Source: an uncultured bacterium (GTDB lineage Bacteria; CSSED10-310; CAZUFC01). Taken from it: a stretch of 64,000 nt of DNA. Of the stretch, positions 1-9,692 are shown piece after piece. Positions within the stretch are counted from its first letter, which is position 1, and every line of letters begins with the position of its first letter. The notes beneath the pieces were generated by a model. It had not been told where the DNA came from. It saw nothing but the letters and a program-made list of their open reading frames with translations, and searched no databases. The stretch spans positions 1-64,000 of the forward strand of contig CAZUFC010000035.1 of assembly GCA_964619725.1 (NCBI GenBank), in the 5' to 3' direction. A program made the position numbers and the translations under genes.

Positions 1-155
1 ATTGGAATACTTGGAAAAATTTTTCTCCAAAATCCTGCACAGCGGAAAAAGCTCAAAATTTGAAAAATGTTGCTGAAAGGATACTAACATGGTAAAAATC
101 CTGTGACTGGTTATTTTTTTTCTCGATAAAGGGGAGGGAAGTCAAGGGTTTGATC

Positions 156-2015
156 ATGAAAATATCATCAGGAAAAACTGTTTTTTATGCATTGAGAAAA
201 GCCGTTATTTTCTCATTTTTCGTTTCGAGCTTTACGATTATCGGCGGGTCTTTGTTTTCCGCGGAAAGCAGCGATGCAAGTCATTTATTTCCTTGTGCGG
301 ATGAATTGAAGCCTGCAGTTGAATTCTGGAAAAAGATATACAGCGAGTATTCGATTGATCAGACGGTCATTCACGATCATGATCGTTTGGACATCATTTA
401 TGAAGTGATCGACTGGCGAGGGAGGAACTTGTCCCGGAAAGCCAAATCCAGGGAAATACGGAACGTTAAAAACAAGTGGCGTGAAATCATTAAAAACCTT
501 CAATCAGGCAAAACGTCCGTCGACAAAGAAGGCAGTCCGGAGAAACATGTAGCCGACATGTTCGGTTTAAGGCCGGGGCATGCGGAATACAGGCGTGCGG
601 CTTATCGTTTGCGGGCTCAGCAGGGTTTGAAAGAAAAATTCAAAGAAGGGTTGATTAGATCGGGAAGATATTGGGATTATATTCTCGATGTTTTGAAAGA
701 GGAGGGAATCCCGGCGGAGATTGCATATCTGCCGCATGTCGAATCATCGTTCAATCCTGCAGCCTATTCCAAGTATGGGGCAGCCGGACTTTGGCAGTTT
801 ACGCATTCTACCGGCAAGATGTTTCTGAACATTACTTACGAGGTAGATGAGAGACGCGATCCTTTTTTAAGCAGCCGAGGCGCAGCCCGGTTGCTGAAGA
901 AAAATTACGCTGAATTGAAAACATGGCCGCTGGCTTTAACCGCATACAATCATGGTTTTTACGGCATGAAACGGGCCGTTAGAAAGCTGAAAACCCGGGA
1001 TATTTGCTATATCATAAAACACTATCGCAGCCGGTTGTTCGGATTCGCTTCCAGGAACTTTTATGCAGAATTCCTGGCGGCTAAAGATGTGGCTCAGAAT
1101 TCAAATAAATATTTCGGTGAAATAATATTCGAGCCGCGGTTGAACTTTGATGAATTCACGATGCCGCACTACGTATCCGTATCTGCGCTTTCGAAAGCGT
1201 TAAAATTGGATATTCAGACTATACGGGAACTGAATCCTCATTTGAGACCCGTGATTTTCAGCGGAGAAAAAAGAATTCCCAGGGGATTCAAGCTGAGAGT
1301 TCCCAGAGGCACATTGACTCAAGCATCAAATGCTTATGAAGTTATGCCGGATACGGAGAAGCATGATTCCCAGATACGCAGTCTTTACTACAAAGTAAAA
1401 CGGGGAGACACTCTTTCAGCCATAGCCTCACGCGAAGGAACGACAGTGGCAAAATTGATGGCTTACAATAATCTTTCTTCACCTCATAGAATCTATGCGG
1501 GACAGACGCTGAAATTGCCCTGGTCTCATTCTCATTCCGCAATATCGGATACCGGGAGCAACCGTCAGCCCAACAAAGCGGAAAAGAGAGAGAATGATTC
1601 AGTTTACAAGCCGCAAAATATAAACATAAAGATACAACCGGACGAAACAGCCAACCTGATCGCCGACTGGGCCGGCATTTCGATCCGTCAATTTTTGGCT
1701 GCGAACGGACTGAGAAGCAGCAGAAGCCTGCGAGTGGATGCGACTGCGACAGTTCCTTTGAAAACAGTATCCGTGGAGCAATTTGAAAGAAAAAGAACGG
1801 AATATCATCAGGAAATCAAGGAAGATTTCTTCTCGCGATACAAGGTGGAAGGAACGAAAGAACATCGTGTTTCGAGAGGCGAGAATCCCTGGCATATCTG
1901 TCACAGGATTTATGATATTCCTCTCTGGCTGCTGAAAGAATACAATGCCGGTCAGAATTTAAACGAATTGCACGCCGGGACCGTCCTGTCCATACCCATC
2001 GTAATTGAAAAATAA
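156..2015 (+). CDS. mltD: Lytic murein transglycosylase (SLT domain) with LysM repeats, MltD-like
   Basis: SLT motifs LPHVESSFNP, GAAGLWQF and ALTAYNHG. C-terminal LysM repeats (YKVKRGDTLSAIA...NNL...IYAGQTLKLP). N-terminal signal-like segment. ATG at 156 follows a purine-rich GGGGAGGG; the ORF track starts at TTG 150. Confidence 0.85.
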   Translation: MKISSGKTVFYALRKAVIFSFFVSSFTIIGGSLFSAESSDASHLFPCADELKPAVEFWKKIYSEYSIDQTVIHDHDRLDIIYEVIDWRGRNLSRKAKSREIRNVKNKWREIIKNLQSGKTSVDKEGSPEKHVADMFGLRPGHAEYRRAAYRLRAQQGLKEKFKEGLIRSGRYWDYILDVLKEEGIPAEIAYLPHVESSFNPAAYSKYGAAGLWQFTHSTGKMFLNITYEVDERRDPFLSSRGAARLLKKNYAELKTWPLALTAYNHGFYGMKRAVRKLKTRDICYIIKHYRSRLFGFASRNFYAEFLAAKDVAQNSNKYFGEIIFEPRLNFDEFTMPHYVSVSALSKALKLDIQTIRELNPHLRPVIFSGEKRIPRGFKLRVPRGTLTQASNAYEVMPDTEKHDSQIRSLYYKVKRGDTLSAIASREGTTVAKLMAYNNLSSPHRIYAGQTLKLPWSHSHSAISDTGSNRQPNKAEKRENDSVYKPQNINIKIQPDETANLIADWAGISIRQFLAANGLRSSRSLRVDATATVPLKTVSVEQFERKRTEYHQEIKEDFFSRYKVEGTKEHRVSRGENPWHICHRIYDIPLWLLKEYNAGQNLNELHAGTVLSIPIVIEK

Positions 2016-2019
2016 AGGG

Positions 2020-2040
2020 TTTCCGAAGGGCTCTGACCCC
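2020..2040. repeat. REP-like 21-bp dispersed repeat copy
   Basis: TTTCCGAAGGGCTCTGACCCC, 4 nt after the mltD stop. The same motif recurs at 7604, 7702, 7800 (reverse), 17364, 49688, 49765, 50031 and 50108. Confidence 0.85.
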
Positions 2041-2261
2041 TTCGTCGATCAAGCTTTTTCAATGCGCAATGCGGGCGGAGGAATGGACCTGGACCGGGCG
2101 GCCAAGGAATATCTTTTATGGTTGATTATCTGGAAGCAAAAGCAATTTTTTGCATTCCAGGATTATTTTCTTAAAATTAAAGTGGGTATTCCCCGTTAAG
2201 GGTAGAAGAGGAAGACGGGGCTCCTCAAGCATAAGTAATTTTTTAAAGGAGAGCAGGGCCA

Positions 2262-5200
2262 ATGAAGCTCAGATATTTATTAATCATTAGTACGATTGTT
2301 TCGTTACTGACGGCGGGCGTATTTTCTGCCGATATAAATCAAGAGAACGCTGGATCATCCCGGATATATTTGCAAAGCGGAGTTTTCGATCCTTTGGAAT
2401 CGGAAAAGGCAATACCGGAAGAATTTATATATTCCGGGGCCGGCGGGGAGCGAGTGGGAATATATCTTGTACAATACCGGAAGATAACCGGCCGTCCTGA
2501 GGTAGAAATGTTAGAGAAAAGCGGAACGGAAATTTTAGCGTATATTCCTGAGAACACTTATCTGGTAGAGGTTTCTGAATCTGACGATTCAGTATTGAAG
2601 GGATCGAAAGATGTGCGATGGTACGGCATATTCGAGCCGTACTACAAGGTTCAGTCAAGGTTGCATGAATTATGCGGACAGGAAGGCGATACGGAAATAA
2701 TCGTCGAATTTTTCGATGGTCCGAACATAAGAAGGGCTGTTAAGACGGCAGGGCGATTCGGAGGCAAAGTGTTACGGACGTGGGAGCAGGTGAATCATCC
2801 TCGGATGGTTGTCCGTATTGCGAAAGAGGAGCTTTCGGGTTATCTGCATGAGACGGCGGCGCTTCCCGATGTGGCGTGGATAGAGGAGAAGGCTGAATTC
2901 GTTCTGGCGAACGACAACACCGTTTGGATAACTCAGGGCGGTTTGAGTCCTTCAGGCGAGACTCCATTGTATGACGCTGGATTGACGGGCGAGGGACAGG
3001 TTGTTGGTTTCGCGGACACGGGGATAGATGCGGATGCCTGTTATTTTTATGATTTCTCAGAGGGGCTGGTGGACCAAAATACAGGGCCAGACCCTTCACA
3101 AAGGAAGATATTATCTTACCGCAGTTGGTATGATTGCGGTGACGATTGGGACGGTCAGGGTCACGGCAGTCATGTGGGCGGCATAATCGCAGGCGACAAT
3201 TATGAAAACGGAATACATGACTTTGATGACGGAGGAATGATTATCGGAAATGACGGTATGGCTCCGGGAGCCAAGCTGGTGGTCCAGGATGTGGCTATAG
3301 AGGAGTTTCTGGTGGGTATCCCGGAGGACTTGACGTTGTTGTTTTCTGAGGCGCAGCAAGACGGGGCCGTGATGCATTCGGACAGTTGGACTGCAGAATC
3401 TTATCAGCTTGAATATTTGTCTTACAGCCGTGATGTGGATGAATTTATGTGGAACAACAAGGAATTTCTGATCGTTTTCGCTGCGGGCAATTACGGTCCT
3501 TTGGGCTATACTCTGGCATCTCCCGGCAACGCCAAGAATTGCCTGACGGTAGGCGCATCCGACAGCGCTTACACTTATTCGACATCCACAGCGGAAGATG
3601 TGGGCGTCTATTCAAGTCACGGACCTTGTTTGGACGACAGGCTTAAACCGGACTTGACCGCGCCCGGCGGAGCATCGATTTATATTTATTCTGCGGAAAC
3701 CGATCTGCAGGTGGGTATGGGCATATATAACTGCTATTTTGTGGACAAGATCGGAACCAGTATGGCTGGCCCCTGCGCTGCGGGCAATGCCGCTTTAACC
3801 CGACAGTATTTTATGGACGGATATTATCCCACCGGCAGCCCGGAACCGCTTAATGCCCGCACTCCCAGCAATTCATTGTTGAAAGCTGTCCTGATCAATT
3901 CCTGTGAGAACATGACGGGTCAATACACCGGCGATGACGGCTGGTTCGATCCTCCGTCCCCCAGACCGACCGCAGGACAGGGTTGGGGACGCCTGACAAT
4001 GGACAACGCACTTTGTTTCGACGGAGATTCCCGGTTGATGTGGATTCGCGACGAAAAGTGGGGCATAGACCAGGGTGAAACGCATGCATTCGACCTGCTT
4101 GTTACGGCGGGCAGCGAACCGTTGACCGTAACGCTTGTATGGACCGATTATCCGGCAGCAGCTTATTCCGAGATTAATCTGGTCAATGATCTTGATCTCA
4201 CTGTGACGGAAGTGAACGGCGGCACGACATATGTGGGAAATGAGTTTAGCGGAGGATGGTCGGTTTCAGGGGGCGGTCCGGACCGAAGGAATCCTGTCGA
4301 ATGCGTGGCGATTCAATATCCAGTCTCAGGCGGACAATACAGAATACAGGTTAGCGCTTATAACGTTCCAATGCCTGTGCAACCTTACTCGATTGTGGTC
4401 TCCGGGGCTCTCGACTTCAGCAACGGCATGATTTATTTCGATGAAGTCTTTTATGGATGCGATCATAGCGCTGATATTGAGTTAATGGATTCCGACCTGG
4501 CAGGAACAGGTTCTCATGTCGTGCACGTGTTTAGCGATTCCGATCCCACCGGAGAAAACATCACACTAAATGAAATAGCGACTGATTCAGGAAATTTCGG
4601 CGGTACGTTCCATACCACGACCGATTCTTCGCCGCCTGCGGGTTACGTCAGAGTCCAACACGGAGACTCAATTACCGTCGAATACATGGATGCTGATGAC
4701 GGTTTTGGAAATACCAATGTGTTGAAAACGGATGTTTCACAGATCGATTGCGCTCCGCCGGTCATATCCGAGGTTGAATTGCAGGTCATTGCAGACGATT
4801 ATGTCTATGTAAGGTGGGAAACCGATGAATTAAGCAATTCCGTCGTTCGTTACGGAACTGCTGATCCTCCGGGTTTAACGGCCCAGGTTACCGATTACAC
4901 AACGGAACATCTGGTTAAATTGTCGGGACTCACCGAATGCACGGACTACATCTTTGAAGTAGAATCTTCTGATAAATTGAACAACAGCAGTGTGGATGAT
5001 AACTCCGGCGCGTATTATTCCTTCAGGTCGCTGGGTGAAGTCACCGCATTTACGGAAAACTTCGATTCAGATCCGGGGTGGGAGATTTTCGCCGGTGAAT
5101 GGACATTCGGGACGCCCGCAGGACAAGGAGGAGGCCCCGGCGGTTTCGGACCTGATCCCGACAGCGGGTATACCGGCAGCAACGTTTACGGCAACAATCT

Positions 5201-6056
5201 TTTAGGCAATTACCCGCTAAACCTGCAATTCCCTTATATGCTTTATTCAGAAAACGTGGACTGCAGGCCGGGCATTCTGCCGGTTTTAAGATACTGGCGG
5301 TGGCTCGGCGTGGAAGGTTGGGACGAACAATACGGCTGGCAAATCGGCGATAAAGCGCAAATCGGAGTGGAGACAGATGATGAAGATTGGCAGGCAGTCT
5401 GGACGAATCCTAGAATGCCGGCCAGTCTGGACGACCAGGAATGGGTGTATCATGAAGTTTCCCTCCAGAATTTCATTAATCACGAAGACAATGTCAGCGT
5501 AACCTGGAGCATCGGACCTACAGACAATATTTTCAGCGGTTGCGGTTGGAATATAGACGATGTGGAAATAGCATACCTTATCCCCTGCGAACTGCCGAAC
5601 CTCTGGATTCAATCTGTCGACTACGATGATTCCTCCGGAAACGGAAACGGTGTGCCGGGCGTAGGAGAAACGGTAAACGTTGCCGTTACGCTTCACAACT
5701 TCGCAGACCCTCCCTACGACGCCAACAATCTTACAGCCGTTTTGAGCACAGACGACCCATACGTGGATATCCTGGACGATACCGCAACCTTCGGAACCGT
5801 CCCCGCGCAAGGCAGCGCTCAAAGTCAACCGCCACATTTCCAATTTTTCATAGATTGGCAGGCTCCGCCTACAGGACGCACCATTACCTTTAAATTAAAC
5901 TGGACTTCGGACGAAACCAACGGCCATTTCTATTTCGACTGCGACACCGATTACGGAGTTATACCGGAATTCACTCCTGTAGGACTGGGATTCATCATAA
6001 TCCTCATGGGCGGTATACTCTGGTTCGCTGTAAAAAAAACCGGCATAAGCACATAA
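2262..6056 (+). CDS. Secreted S8 (subtilisin-family) serine peptidase with Ig/FN3-like and jelly-roll-like C-terminal modules and an IPEF-TM-basic sorting tail
   Basis: Signal peptide. Catalytic motifs DTG (FADTGID), HGSHVGG, FAAGN and GTSMA. C-terminus VIPEFTPVGLGFIIILMGGILWFAVKK. RBS AAGGAG upstream. Confidence 0.9.
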   Translation: MKLRYLLIISTIVSLLTAGVFSADINQENAGSSRIYLQSGVFDPLESEKAIPEEFIYSGAGGERVGIYLVQYRKITGRPEVEMLEKSGTEILAYIPENTYLVEVSESDDSVLKGSKDVRWYGIFEPYYKVQSRLHELCGQEGDTEIIVEFFDGPNIRRAVKTAGRFGGKVLRTWEQVNHPRMVVRIAKEELSGYLHETAALPDVAWIEEKAEFVLANDNTVWITQGGLSPSGETPLYDAGLTGEGQVVGFADTGIDADACYFYDFSEGLVDQNTGPDPSQRKILSYRSWYDCGDDWDGQGHGSHVGGIIAGDNYENGIHDFDDGGMIIGNDGMAPGAKLVVQDVAIEEFLVGIPEDLTLLFSEAQQDGAVMHSDSWTAESYQLEYLSYSRDVDEFMWNNKEFLIVFAAGNYGPLGYTLASPGNAKNCLTVGASDSAYTYSTSTAEDVGVYSSHGPCLDDRLKPDLTAPGGASIYIYSAETDLQVGMGIYNCYFVDKIGTSMAGPCAAGNAALTRQYFMDGYYPTGSPEPLNARTPSNSLLKAVLINSCENMTGQYTGDDGWFDPPSPRPTAGQGWGRLTMDNALCFDGDSRLMWIRDEKWGIDQGETHAFDLLVTAGSEPLTVTLVWTDYPAAAYSEINLVNDLDLTVTEVNGGTTYVGNEFSGGWSVSGGGPDRRNPVECVAIQYPVSGGQYRIQVSAYNVPMPVQPYSIVVSGALDFSNGMIYFDEVFYGCDHSADIELMDSDLAGTGSHVVHVFSDSDPTGENITLNEIATDSGNFGGTFHTTTDSSPPAGYVRVQHGDSITVEYMDADDGFGNTNVLKTDVSQIDCAPPVISEVELQVIADDYVYVRWETDELSNSVVRYGTADPPGLTAQVTDYTTEHLVKLSGLTECTDYIFEVESSDKLNNSSVDDNSGAYYSFRSLGEVTAFTENFDSDPGWEIFAGEWTFGTPAGQGGGPGGFGPDPDSGYTGSNVYGNNLLGNYPLNLQFPYMLYSENVDCRPGILPVLRYWRWLGVEGWDEQYGWQIGDKAQIGVETDDEDWQAVWTNPRMPASLDDQEWVYHEVSLQNFINHEDNVSVTWSIGPTDNIFSGCGWNIDDVEIAYLIPCELPNLWIQSVDYDDSSGNGNGVPGVGETVNVAVTLHNFADPPYDANNLTAVLSTDDPYVDILDDTATFGTVPAQGSAQSQPPHFQFFIDWQAPPTGRTITFKLNWTSDETNGHFYFDCDTDYGVIPEFTPVGLGFIIILMGGILWFAVKKTGIST

Positions 6057-6270
6057 GCGCTTAGAAGAAACAAAAAAGAAGAAATTTCCGGGCTGGTTCA
6101 AAGTAAGAAATCCAGGGACTCATCAAACGGGCATTACAATTTATTCGAATCACTCCTTCTCTTAACCCTGATAATCCGTGCAGGCAGTGGTTGCGGAGTC
6201 GTTGTTTTGCCAAAAATCCGCGTATTTTGATCACCGCTGGAATTTATAATCCCGGATTTCATCTGGCCGG

Positions 6271-6951
6271 TCACCCGGATTTAGATTTCAGAGGTTGAAC
6301 ATGTTTTTTCTGCATTGTCTTAGTGAATTCATCGCCTCCGTAAAATCTTTTTCTAAGTCCTTTACGAGTTTCTTCCATCTCTTCACTAGTCATAGGGATT
6401 CCGATAATTTCGCGGATAAAGGTTTGTCGACGTTCTTCGGGGGTGTCGCCCAGGGAGATGAAAAATCCGTCTTCGGTTACTTGAACAAACGCTTGTCGTC
6501 CGAAAGCATAGAAACAGATGGTCGAGTTTTCATAATCCAGGGGATTCTCGACTATTCCGGCTTTTTTGGGATTGCCGTAGATGTATCGGATGACTTTTTT
6601 CATATACTCGGCCGTATCGATTATGGTCGAGTAAAAACGTTCGCCCCACAAGTGCCCCGTTCGATTCTGGGCTTTATTGAACAGTTCGGCTATCCGGGCG
6701 TTCACGTACTGCATGAAAAGGCTGATATTCTCTAAAGGCGTATTGATTATCATGTGATAGTGAGTCGCCATCAGAACCAAGTGAAGTATCTGCACTTCAT
6801 AAATTTTGCTCGCTCTCATGAGCACTTCCGCCAAAGAAGCGATCAGAGCCTTCTGTACTTTCTTTTGGTGGAACCGGTATTCCTTGTTATTGGTGCGTGT
6901 GGAGACGTGATAGGGATGTTCCGATTGCGATATTCGTGCAGGTCGCGCCAT
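6271..6951 (-). CDS. REP-associated tyrosine transposase (RAYT)-like HUH endonuclease (IS200/Y1 superfamily)
   Basis: MAR.PR-like start, YHVSTRTNN, HUH motif THYHMII, HLWGERFYS, and catalytic Tyr motif YIYGNPKKAG. A REP-like repeat array lies about 650 bp upstream. Confidence 0.85.
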   Translation of the reverse strand: MARPARISQSEHPYHVSTRTNNKEYRFHQKKVQKALIASLAEVLMRASKIYEVQILHLVLMATHYHMIINTPLENISLFMQYVNARIAELFNKAQNRTGHLWGERFYSTIIDTAEYMKKVIRYIYGNPKKAGIVENPLDYENSTICFYAFGRQAFVQVTEDGFFISLGDTPEERRQTFIREIIGIPMTSEEMEETRKGLRKRFYGGDEFTKTMQKKHVQPLKSKSG

Positions 6952-6982
6952 TTTTTTCCTCCTTTCCTTTAATGAAAATTGG

Positions 6983-7000
6983 TTCAGAAAATTTTCTGAA
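6983..7000. promoter_or_regulatory. Perfect 18-bp palindrome upstream of the RAYT gene (possible operator or hairpin)
   Basis: TTCAGAAAATTTTCTGAA is its own reverse complement and lies about 30 bp upstream of the RAYT start. Function unknown. Confidence 0.35.
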
Positions 7001-7066
7001 TTATCCGATTTAAACGTTCACCTGAAATTTGAATTTTCACCTAATTTCGATCTCTGCCGGAAAGTA

Positions 7067-7082
7067 AGCAAAAAAGGTGCCG
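7067..7082 (-). promoter_or_regulatory. Putative sigma-54 (-24/-12) promoter for the RAYT gene
   Basis: The minus strand reads CGGCAC-CTTTT-TTGCT, matching (T/C)GGCAC-N5-TTGC(A/T) with the exact spacing. It points toward the RAYT start about 115 bp downstream. Confidence 0.5.
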
Positions 7083-7588
7083 AAAAAACAGCTTATTGAG
7101 ATATTAACAAAGAGCAGAGCTCCCGGTGAAAGCGAGGCATAGCTAAAACCATTGATGTAAAAGCTTCAAAGGAGTCAGTCCGGTTCTGAAAAAATTTATT
7201 TTTATCGGAATTTGATGATGATGACATTATTCCAGCAAACCAATTTCGCAGAAAAAATTCAAAAAATTTGAACTTTTCAGTGACCAAAACTCATAAAACA
7301 AGGCCAGGCTTAAAAAAAGGGGGGTCAAAAATTTTGAATTTTTTTCAAAAAATTTGAATTAGACGAGAGGGGAAAATTATTCATCAGTGCCTGTCGACAA
7401 ACTCACTAATCGACTGATTCCGAATTTTATTTCCTGATATGAAAGTCATAGAAAGCAATGACGGAAAGCAATGACGAAGCAAGATGAAGAAAATGGAACA
7501 GCGTAGGGTTTGCCAATGCAATGCAGCCATGCAGCCAGACGCAGCAGTTCAGGAAAGGGGCCTGGACGGACGGGCGGGATTTGGCTAG

Positions 7589-7820
7589 GCAAGGGGTTCC
7601 GGCGGGGTCAGAGCCCTTCGCAAACGCCCGGCCGGCAAAGGGGCTTGGATTCATTCCAGGGCGTGGCACTGGTGAAAGGTTCAGCAGCAAGGGTTTCCGG
7701 CGGGGTCAGAGCCCTTTGCAAATGCCCGGCCGGCAAAGGGTCCTGGATTCGCTGCAGGGTGGGGGGCTGGTGAAGGGTTCGACCTGCAAGGGTTACGGCG
7801 GGGTCAGAGCCTTTCGCAAA
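7589..7820. repeat. Tandem array of ~98-bp units, each carrying the REP-like motif (BIME/REPIN-like)
   Basis: The GGGGTCAGAGCC core starts at 7604, 7702 and 7800 (period 98). The intervening sequences are similar to each other (GCCCGGCCGGCAAAGGG...GGATTC...CTGGTGAA.GGTTC). Confidence 0.9.
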
Positions 7821-7907
7821 AGCTGGTATATTCTTTCTTTGATTTTTTGCTTTTTATCTCCCATAATGCATTTTTGGAAGGCGAACGCGAATTTTTGAAT
7901 CTGGAAA

Positions 7908-9641
7908 ATGGAAAAACGACGAAAGTTATACATCCTTCATGGGCTGCTCCTGCTTGCATTGGTCATAGGCTCTCGGATTTGGGTCGTTGATGATCCTTTT
8001 ATCCTTGACGACTATACTTTGTTGAACAAATGCAGGTATTCGGGGGGCGGATTTTTGACGACGGCCTGTGATTTATATAATTTCGGGCGGCCGGGCGAAT
8101 ATAATGTGTGGAAAGCCTGGTGGACGTCGCCTGAGATGAAGTTGAGTTATTTCCGTCCTTTAGCGGGAATATTGTTATGCGTGGAATTTCAGCTATGGGG
8201 AAGGAATCCGGTTTTTTATCATCTGGATACGATTCTGTTTTATTTTCTTTGCATAATGCTTCTATATAAGTTAGCTGCGGATATTTTTAATTCTCAATGG
8301 CCGGGATTTTTTGTCGCAGCGGTTTTTTCCGTTTCTCCGGCTCATATGACCAATATTCAATGGACGGCTAATCGTGTGGACATACTGTGCAGCCTGGGAA
8401 TGCTGGCGGGTTTCGTTTTATACCTTAAGGGATTCCGGTCATCGGACAAATCGTTTAAATATCCGTTGATGGTGGGATTGTGTTTTATAGGGGGATTATT
8501 TTCCAAGGAAAGCGCATTAATTTTTATACCTGCCCTGCCGTTGTATCACCTTTATTTGTACTGGACCGACTGTGAAAAATGTGAGGAAACCGCATGCGAT
8601 AAAAGGACAGGAATGCTGATAAGAAGTCTTTCGATAGTTCTGTTGACGGCGGCAGCCTGGATGGTACTTTACTTTACAGGAGACTATGGAATTCGAAGCG
8701 GCTATTGCATTACTGCTGATACTCCGGCTGATATCGCTTTCGCTCACATGTTAAAGGCCTTCATGCTTTATATGGGGGATCTGTTTTTCCATGTAAAAGC
8801 GCTTGAAGTATCAAAGAATAAGATGTTTGGAGTTTCACTGATTAATTTTCTGCTGCTTTTTGCGGGCTGGTTATTTATAATTTTTCTTGTTTGTCGGATA
8901 CTGGGTAAGCGAGGAATAGTTCTGACGTTACTGCTGTTTTTATTTTTACTTCCTGCTTTGCCTTTTAGAGTGAGCGACCGTTTATGTTTCATCAGCGTAA
9001 TATGGACGGCAATGATCGGGGGTTCCTTGATTGATTATGCTTTTTCACGCAACAGGCGAGTTTGGGTGCGGATATTGATAGTCGCTGTAATAACCGGATG
9101 GTGGATCGGCGGGGGGATTGTTTATTCAGTGAAAAGGAGTCTTGACCGGGAAGAATGGTGCCGGAGGTATCCGGAAAGATTACTGGAGGAGACGGCAGAA
9201 ATAATAGAGGAGAATCCGGGAGCAAGGGTAATTTTTTACATGAATCTGCCCAATCCGTTGCTTTGCATGTCTTTGACCGACAGTTTGTGCTGGCATTTAA
9301 ACAGGAACGACATACATGCTTATGCGTTGACTACTTTCAACGGACCGCCTCAGATTATGATTCGAGGAAGCAGAAAATTTCATTTACGTTCAAAATTCGG
9401 AAAACCGTTTTTCACTTCCATGGCGGAACAGATATTTATGACGGCTGACGCTCTAAAGGAGAAAAAGGAGTATGCTGTTCCTCATTTTTTTGCAGAAATC
9501 AGTCAGACCAATTTAGGAGATGTTCAGGAAGTCGCATATACGTTACGGAAAGCCGCCCGGCATTCTGATTATCTTTTCATCGTTTGGGGCGACAGGTATC
9601 CTCAACGGGCGAGACAGTTTACCTTTTCAAAAAGTCGTTGA
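7908..9641 (+). CDS. Polytopic membrane protein, GT-C-fold glycosyltransferase-like (PMT/TMTC-related)
   Basis: Acidic DD motif after the first TM (FILDDY), then YFRPL, NPVFYHL, P.H...QW...R.D and SKESA. Many hydrophobic segments and a soluble C-terminal domain. Confidence 0.6.
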   Translation: MEKRRKLYILHGLLLLALVIGSRIWVVDDPFILDDYTLLNKCRYSGGGFLTTACDLYNFGRPGEYNVWKAWWTSPEMKLSYFRPLAGILLCVEFQLWGRNPVFYHLDTILFYFLCIMLLYKLAADIFNSQWPGFFVAAVFSVSPAHMTNIQWTANRVDILCSLGMLAGFVLYLKGFRSSDKSFKYPLMVGLCFIGGLFSKESALIFIPALPLYHLYLYWTDCEKCEETACDKRTGMLIRSLSIVLLTAAAWMVLYFTGDYGIRSGYCITADTPADIAFAHMLKAFMLYMGDLFFHVKALEVSKNKMFGVSLINFLLLFAGWLFIIFLVCRILGKRGIVLTLLLFLFLLPALPFRVSDRLCFISVIWTAMIGGSLIDYAFSRNRRVWVRILIVAVITGWWIGGGIVYSVKRSLDREEWCRRYPERLLEETAEIIEENPGARVIFYMNLPNPLLCMSLTDSLCWHLNRNDIHAYALTTFNGPPQIMIRGSRKFHLRSKFGKPFFTSMAEQIFMTADALKEKKEYAVPHFFAEISQTNLGDVQEVAYTLRKAARHSDYLFIVWGDRYPQRARQFTFSKSR

Positions 9642-9663
9642 CGGAAAAGAGCCTTTGAATGAT

Positions 9664-9692
9664 TTGCGCGGATAGAATGCGGATGTTATAAT
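9664..9692 (+). promoter_or_regulatory. Sigma-70-type promoter for elbB
   Basis: TTGCGC-17 bp-TATAAT with an extended -10 TG. RBS AAGGAGG precedes the ATG. Confidence 0.55.

Noticed and set aside
6271-6951. Autonomous IS200/IS605 insertion sequence
   Set aside because: No adjacent tnpB and no clear paired subterminal hairpins. The length, C-terminal extension and neighbouring REP-like repeats fit a RAYT better.
7589-7820. CRISPR array
   Set aside because: The would-be spacers are homologous to each other and about 75 bp long, the repeat also occurs singly elsewhere, and there are no cas genes in the window.
7427-7898. ORFs 7427-7690, 7510-7773 and 7521-7898 as real genes
   Set aside because: They are translations of the GC-rich repeat array (recurrent KGSDP / GVRA / RGQSP peptides) and match no protein family I recognise.
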